DNA of 64,000 nucleotides from an uncultured archaeon (lineage in GTDB: Archaea > Thermoplasmatota > Penumbrarchaeia > JASLWR01): NCBI GenBank assembly GCA_964430885.1, contig CAYSHM010000008.1, positions 1 to 64,000 of the forward strand, in the 5' to 3' direction. A model generated the notes under the pieces. The model searched no databases and had not been told where the DNA came from. It saw only the letters and a list, made by a program, of their open reading frames with translations. Shown here one piece after another: positions 58,580 through 64,000 of this stretch (position 1 is the first letter of the stretch; the number at the start of each line of letters is the position of its first letter). The position numbers and the translations under genes were made by a program.

Positions 58580-59818
58580 TCATATGAAATCGTCTATCTT
58601 CTTCTGTGTTCTGAGTATTCTCAGCATATTCGAATGGATCCACCAATTCTTTACTTCTACCCTGGAGATTATATGTTCAACAGCCTTATCCATATCTGGA
58701 AGGACCGTAGGTCTTTTTTCCATGGCCAGCTTCACACCGTCCCGTATAACCCAAACACCAAGGGGAGCCCAGTACTTTTCGGATATCTCCCTGTAAACCA
58801 ATATTGAACTCTGTCTTTTAATCATTTTCAGGTAATCCAGAACAGACAATCTGGCAGCATAGTAGGCGCCGGTGGTCTTATCTGCATAACTCTTCCTTCC
58901 GCCGTAGGGTTCGAAATCCGACACCACAACGGTTTCAGGAGACCAAAATGCACCCATTAGCCAGGCTTCCACCAGCTCAAATGAATAAACACCCGGGATC
59001 AAAAGAACATGAAAACTGTTACCGAAATGCACATGATGATAATACCGTATTTCACCCAATTCCTGATTGTTCTTTATTATCTCCGCCTGTTTCTTTCCGA
59101 TATTGTCATCTACCGCGGTAATGGACCATCGGGTGGGCACCAGCTTTCTGTCCTTTGCCCTGCCCAGCAGCCCTGCAGATAAAACCCTTTGTATATGGTT
59201 GACGGAAATATCCGAATCCCACAATTCCTCTATACCGGTTACTGCGGTAGCATGAATATCGGATGTTAGATCGTCAAGCTTCTTTGGAACCTTCGGGTTT
59301 TCCCCGATATCAATTCTCCTAGCGTCCAGTGAAGGACCCAGGGGTGCAGAAAAAGTGTCGAATCGGGTCCTTTCCCTGATCTTGGGTAAGGAGTTGAGAT
59401 GTATCTCGGTATCGACGCTCTTCACCGATAACGCTAATTCCTGGGTATGTGAAAGATATCGGGACCGGGGTTCATAGCTTTTCTTTACCGGAAGGGGCTT
59501 TTTACTTCGGTACAGCGAGCTTCTCAATCCGATAATATCCTCTATGGTCTTGTTATGCCAGTGGTGGGTTTCTTCCAGCCTTTCGGGCATGAACACCTTG
59601 ACGGGAGGAAGAACAGGGCCGATGTTGACCTTGGGATAGCCGTATCGTCCAACAAAAACCGATGGGGGTGTAGAACCCCAGAAACTCTTGCTGTCGATGG
59701 TCATATCAGAAGTGAAAGAGTTCAGTTTTTCGAGATAAGGACAGCGGTCCAGACCGCAAAGTCGTTTACCTCCCTTGCACCTTATACACAGAGTTGAATC
59801 CATTATCTCGCTAATCAA
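58580..59818 (-). CDS. nre: Nre family DNA repair protein
   Basis: CIRCKG..LCG..RCP, PPSVFVGRYGYPKV, LVPTRWSITAVD, PLGVWVIR, C-terminal PIP box QKKIDDF. Confidence 0.95.
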   Translation of the reverse strand: MISEIMDSTLCIRCKGGKRLCGLDRCPYLEKLNSFTSDMTIDSKSFWGSTPPSVFVGRYGYPKVNIGPVLPPVKVFMPERLEETHHWHNKTIEDIIGLRSSLYRSKKPLPVKKSYEPRSRYLSHTQELALSVKSVDTEIHLNSLPKIRERTRFDTFSAPLGPSLDARRIDIGENPKVPKKLDDLTSDIHATAVTGIEELWDSDISVNHIQRVLSAGLLGRAKDRKLVPTRWSITAVDDNIGKKQAEIIKNNQELGEIRYYHHVHFGNSFHVLLIPGVYSFELVEAWLMGAFWSPETVVVSDFEPYGGRKSYADKTTGAYYAARLSVLDYLKMIKRQSSILVYREISEKYWAPLGVWVIRDGVKLAMEKRPTVLPDMDKAVEHIISRVEVKNWWIHSNMLRILRTQKKIDDFI

Positions 59819-59848
59819 TATATCACCGGTCTCACCGACATACCGAAA

Positions 59849-60871
59849 CTATACGTCCGGTACCAGAAAATTCCCGTAAACAAGTCTGTTCACTGCCATA
59901 TACCACAGCATAGGGATAAGCCATAAAATCAGAGGTAAGTAAAAACCCAATAAGGGTAGGACCGAGGTATATATCAGAGCCACCGACAGAAGTTCATGAA
60001 CTGCAAATATCTTCAGCAGAGCTTTACGCGGAATGGGTTTGAACATAAAGTATAGATGGAGTATGATCATGATAAGGGATAACAGGGAGAACATTACTAA
60101 AGCGGCCAGTTCCGTAGCATCTGGAGATTGAAGGACCCTGAAATGTTTGAAAAGTACAACCGCTCCGGGAGCGATGAACAAAACCTTAATGAGAATGGAT
60201 ACCATACGGAAAGCCATAGATATCTTCAACCCCACATCTCCCTCCTCCACCCCTAGGGTCACCGCCAAGGTCCTGGCTTTGCATCTGCGGTCCCCTGGGG
60301 CATCCTTCAGCCCTCCCTCGATCTGGTTATTGAATAGTATCTGGATCCCGCCCATTCCGCATATTGAATAAACCGGCCATGTTAATCCCCCAGCACTTCT
60401 TGCACCGGCCAGCATGAAGAGAAAAGCCCATAGGGCCAGAGTAATGTCCCAACCGGGTATCCGCTTGCTGTATATGTTGTACATGGTGCCGAAAAGCATA
60501 CAGAGCATGAAGATGAATAGGGCCTCAAAGGACCTGAAATACAGAATGAAAACAATGGGCTGTACCGCCATTGTCAATATGATTATCCAACTGGCTCCCT
60601 TCATGCTGATGGTCCCCTTAACAAGGGGTTTGTTGGTGTGTTCAGGGTCCTTTCGGTCATAGGGTAGATCGGTATATTCATTCATTACAAAACCGAGAAC
60701 ATGCATGTTCAAACCAATGAATACCAAAACAATTATATCAGCCCAGATATCGTTTATTAATAACGGGCCATTCATTCTTTTATTGACAAGAAAGCCGAAC
60801 AGCAGGGATATGGTAAGGAGTGCAGCAGTCTGAAGCCTGGATAATCTGACAAATTCCCTGATCTTTCCCAT
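59849..60871 (-). CDS. UbiA family prenyltransferase
   Basis: NEYTDLPYD...KPLVKG, YNIYSK, GGLKDAPGD, multiple TM helices. Confidence 0.88.
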   Translation of the reverse strand: MGKIREFVRLSRLQTAALLTISLLFGFLVNKRMNGPLLINDIWADIIVLVFIGLNMHVLGFVMNEYTDLPYDRKDPEHTNKPLVKGTISMKGASWIIILTMAVQPIVFILYFRSFEALFIFMLCMLFGTMYNIYSKRIPGWDITLALWAFLFMLAGARSAGGLTWPVYSICGMGGIQILFNNQIEGGLKDAPGDRRCKARTLAVTLGVEEGDVGLKISMAFRMVSILIKVLFIAPGAVVLFKHFRVLQSPDATELAALVMFSLLSLIMIILHLYFMFKPIPRKALLKIFAVHELLSVALIYTSVLPLLGFYLPLILWLIPMLWYMAVNRLVYGNFLVPDV

Positions 60872-61053
60872 TGTCCATCACTTAGGGCTGATTAATTATT
60901 ACTATTATTATTATTATTATTAATAATATTATTATTCCCACTCAACCGAATGAAACAGGCCATTCCGAACCTAACAAACATTCCAATCAATGATGAGCTG
61001 TCCTTTTTTCCTGAACTGATTATTCGGTATTATATTTTGCCTTATTTTAGCAT

Positions 61054-62271
61054 TTATACCCATGGTGTACATTTGAAAGCCATGAAGAAGGCAGATACAT
61101 CCTCAATGGTGATCTCCTCGACAATAAAAATTATCATCACCGCCCAAAGAAGAAAAAGCATCACCAGAGTGAATAAAAATTCGGACTTTTTATCCGCCAA
61201 CAGCCTCATTTTAAAACCCAATTTCCCGGCCAATCCGTTGTAATGGAATATAATGGTCTTCAGGAGATAGTACGCAAAATAACGGGCCCCCAAATGGAGA
61301 ACATACAATATACCCAAAGAGAAAAGGGCATCCATCAATAGGGAACTGCCTGTGAACTGCTGTAGAACCCTGGGCCCCATTGCAATATAATCAAAAAGGA
61401 AATGCATGATTATTGCAGGAAATAGACCCTTCCTGATATATAGATAGGCAAAGGCAAATCCTGTAAGGGTTGTTGGAATTATCTTCCACCAACCCCAGCC
61501 AGACTGATGCGCAAGTCCGAAAAGGACTGAACTGAACACCGCGAGGCAATATACCCTTGGAGTGACCTTGAAATCCCCCCCTAATAGATATTTGTACCAT
61601 GGGCGGTCCTTCCTTTTTCTTATCCCGTCAAGTATGAGAAGAGGAAGACCTATGAGCAGAACCCGGGTCACCAGCTCCTCGTAGACAGAGGCATCGGCCA
61701 GAAGATACAGCTGTTTTGCTATGTTCCCTCCTTCCTTGAGATCATCCGGAACGGCCGGCTGGTCTCCCATTATGGTAAAGATAATATTTATCACATAGCT
61801 CACAAAAAGAAAGGCCAGGAACAACTGGAACACCATTATGAAGGAATTATTCGAATTGGCCGGCGGAGCTCTTTTCTTCTTGAGGGAATATCTGAAAAGA
61901 GAAGGAAGGGAATAGCCCTCATTTCTGAAAATATGAACCGGTGAGTAGTACAGGAACAATGCGATAACTATGAAGAACATCACCGCCTCGAAACCGCCTT
62001 TTCCTATATACAGTGGCAAAAGGATTCCGGGAATTGGAGCCAAAAGGAAGAGTTTGGGTTCGTTCACCGTATTATATAGATAGGACGGCACCTTGAAAAC
62101 CGCATATGTCAGGGTCAAATAATTTGCTATGAGAAAAAGCAGAATTACCAGAAGACCAATGGCTGAGAGTATGCTTCCTATCCTGAAGATAATATCCAAT
62201 GGACTGCGTTTTTTCCTTTCACTTCCCTGATTTGTTCCAATAGAATAAGCAGGAGCAAACCACATGTCCAT
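61054..62271 (-). CDS. CPBP (Abi/CAAX) intramembrane metalloprotease
   Basis: EELVTR, FGLAH, HFLFD. Confidence 0.88.
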   Translation of the reverse strand: MDMWFAPAYSIGTNQGSERKKRSPLDIIFRIGSILSAIGLLVILLFLIANYLTLTYAVFKVPSYLYNTVNEPKLFLLAPIPGILLPLYIGKGGFEAVMFFIVIALFLYYSPVHIFRNEGYSLPSLFRYSLKKKRAPPANSNNSFIMVFQLFLAFLFVSYVINIIFTIMGDQPAVPDDLKEGGNIAKQLYLLADASVYEELVTRVLLIGLPLLILDGIRKRKDRPWYKYLLGGDFKVTPRVYCLAVFSSVLFGLAHQSGWGWWKIIPTTLTGFAFAYLYIRKGLFPAIIMHFLFDYIAMGPRVLQQFTGSSLLMDALFSLGILYVLHLGARYFAYYLLKTIIFHYNGLAGKLGFKMRLLADKKSEFLFTLVMLFLLWAVMIIFIVEEITIEDVSAFFMAFKCTPWV

Positions 62272-62611
62272 TTTTTCTCCCTGTGCAGGTCCTGATCGGG
62301 TCAGGTTATTTCACCTTCCTCTATTAAAGATTAGAAATAAACATTATCACTCATTGGTATTGGTTCAATTGGTAAATATTATTGCTGTGAAAAATACAGG
62401 TTTTGTCAATTAAGGCACCTGACAGATCATGAACTTGTCCGTAGGGTACGGACCAAACCTATTTTAAAAAAGAGAGGTTAAATGGGAATAAAACCTTAAT
62501 ATAAGCATATTCATTAACACCACAGTTACTAAGAGTTTCAATTTTAACATAGTGACTGCATATGGTATATTCATTAAAGATCAATGAGACCATGGAAAAG
62601 GAGGATATAAA

Positions 62612-63289
62612 ATGATAACAAGACTTCTATCGGGCATACCAGGTTTGGATGAGATTATTGAAGGCGGATTCCCAAATCCCTCAGTAGTAATGGTATTGGG
62701 TGAACCGGGAACAGGTAAAACAACCTTCGGAATGCAATCTCTTTTCCATGGTGCTAAAAGAGGTGAAACCAACATCTATATGACCGGAGTTGCCGAGCCT
62801 GTATTCATGATCAAGAAGTTCATGTCAAGATATGATTTTTACGACAAATCCCTTATAGAATCTGGAAATGTTCAGTTCTGGGACCTGGGGACATCCATCC
62901 AATCCATGGGACCCCAAAAAGCGCTTTCCACCATTGCAGATATTGTGAGAAAGACAAAGGCAACCCGCATAACCGTGGACCCCCTGCCTATGTCCCATCT
63001 ATTCGTCTCCGGGTTTGACTATAGAAAATATATGTATGAGTTCCTTACAGAGCTTCGGAATCTCAATGTGTTCACCCTGATAATTGGAGAGAAAACACCC
63101 AACAGCGTGGCTGATGTGGAGGCTTATATGGTGGATGGTCTGATATTTCTGGAACTGCGGACCCTTGACAACCCATATGTTTTCAAGAATCTCATGCGGG
63201 TCAGAAAACTGAGAGGAACCAACCACAGCAGGGACCTAATGTCAGTTGAACTCTCAAAGGAAGGCATGAACGTATTCAGAATTGAATAA
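62612..63289 (+). CDS. KaiC/RAD55-like single-domain RecA-superfamily ATPase
   Basis: SGIPGLDEIIEGG, GEPGTGKTT, VDGLIFL, VRKLRGTNH. Confidence 0.9.
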   Translation: MITRLLSGIPGLDEIIEGGFPNPSVVMVLGEPGTGKTTFGMQSLFHGAKRGETNIYMTGVAEPVFMIKKFMSRYDFYDKSLIESGNVQFWDLGTSIQSMGPQKALSTIADIVRKTKATRITVDPLPMSHLFVSGFDYRKYMYEFLTELRNLNVFTLIIGEKTPNSVADVEAYMVDGLIFLELRTLDNPYVFKNLMRVRKLRGTNHSRDLMSVELSKEGMNVFRIE

Positions 63290-63605
63290 TCGGACTAATT
63301 CCATTCCGGCTTCTTCTGATAGCATTACTGTAAAAAGCTTGATGCGGATTATTTTTTAAAAGAAGAGCAGTCCTATTCTTTATTCTCATTTCTTTTCTGC
63401 CCTAAACAATTGCTTTTCTACTTTTTTTCTCTTCTTGATCTGTCAATTAATCCTTATCCTGCCAACAACATTTATCTCAATTATCATAGAGAACATAAAA
63501 ATAATAATATATGGCAATATCATTAGATTTGCATTATCCTGTTGACAGGTTCAAATTTACCTACTTATGATGACTTATTTCTCAACGGATACGGGGGATC
63601 CTTGA

Positions 63606-64000
63606 ATGATTGAAAATGAGACGATGGATTCGGCTAGAATCTTTAAAAATAAATATTTACGCATACCAATTGTAACAACCTTTCTTTTAGGTTTGGGAAT
63701 CTTCTTCATTGTGCTTCTGTTCTGCAGGACCGCAAAGGGAGATCTAGTAGCGACTCCCGCTGATGAGGCGCCTTCATGGATACGAGAGAACAGCTCTCAG
63801 GTCGTAATGATGAATATTACCGCCTACAACAACAGCCAGGGTGCAGGAAACGCCATATCGAGCATTAATGTGTCAGTGACGAATGTCCAGAACTTCGATC
63901 CCACTGATGAGCTGGCGGCCTTGGCCAATGATGCTACATCGGGAGTTTCCATATACCAGGAGAGCAACGGACAGAGCGGTTTCCAGACAGGCGATACCAG
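63606..64000 (+). CDS. Secreted/surface protein, 5' part (runs off the window)
   Basis: Open frame to the window end, translated by hand: basic then hydrophobic signal (KYLRIPIVTTFLLGLGIFFIVLLF...AKG), then N-glycosylation sequons (NSS, NIT, NNS, NVS). Confidence 0.75.
   Translation, partial: MIENETMDSARIFKNKYLRIPIVTTFLLGLGIFFIVLLFCRTAKGDLVATPADEAPSWIRENSSQVVMMNITAYNNSQGAGNAISSINVSVTNVQNFDPTDELAALANDATSGVSIYQESNGQSGFQTGDT

Noticed and set aside
60891-60937. (TAT/TTA)n low-complexity, partly palindromic tract upstream of the UbiA gene
   Set aside because: Simple AT microsatellite; palindromy is expected by chance at this composition.
62272-62320. In-frame CTG at 62304 with a GGAAGGTGA SD as an alternative start for the CPBP gene
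   Set aside because: Plausible but untestable here. The ATG at 62271 has its own GGGAG, and the difference is only 11 residues.
1-64000. CRISPR arrays, tRNA/rRNA genes, IS elements, integrases, inteins, selenoprotein read-through
   Set aside because: No regularly spaced repeats, cloverleafs, transposase or recombinase motifs, intein insertions or TGA-interrupted redox genes were seen by eye. Short RNAs could have been missed without covariance searches.

Overview
Gene-dense archaeal chromosomal segment, most likely from an uncultured Thermoplasmatota. This is inferred from aIF-2beta-TRAM, a proteasome alpha subunit, RFC small subunit, Taw3, Nre, GfcR, archaemetzincin, a Thermoplasmata-type S26 signal peptidase, and many PKD/zinc-ribbon membrane-anchored proteins. 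About 50 CDS are supportable. I recognised no rRNA, tRNA, CRISPR array, transposase or integrase. The first ~2 kb is an AT-rich DUF2075 nuclease-helicase gene, possibly the edge of a defence island, with a VapBC pair shortly after. Most notable: (1) an intact bacterial-type queA plus a divergent queF, suggesting queuosine-type tRNA modification in an archaeon; (2) a tightly coupled archaeosortase / clostripain-PKD protease / E1-like / MoaD-ubiquitin-like cluster; (3) a tandem-RHH regulator between an AT-rich TATTAC-repeat region and a ~170-nt multi-hairpin putative RNA; (4) recurrent anti-Shine-Dalgarno (CCUCC) motifs in 3' regions, twice in hairpin loops; (5) a DUF1015-serC pair, a divergent proteasome alpha, an Nfu-LarE pair, and clear TetR and VapB operator candidates. 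All calls come from motif recognition by eye; no searches were run.
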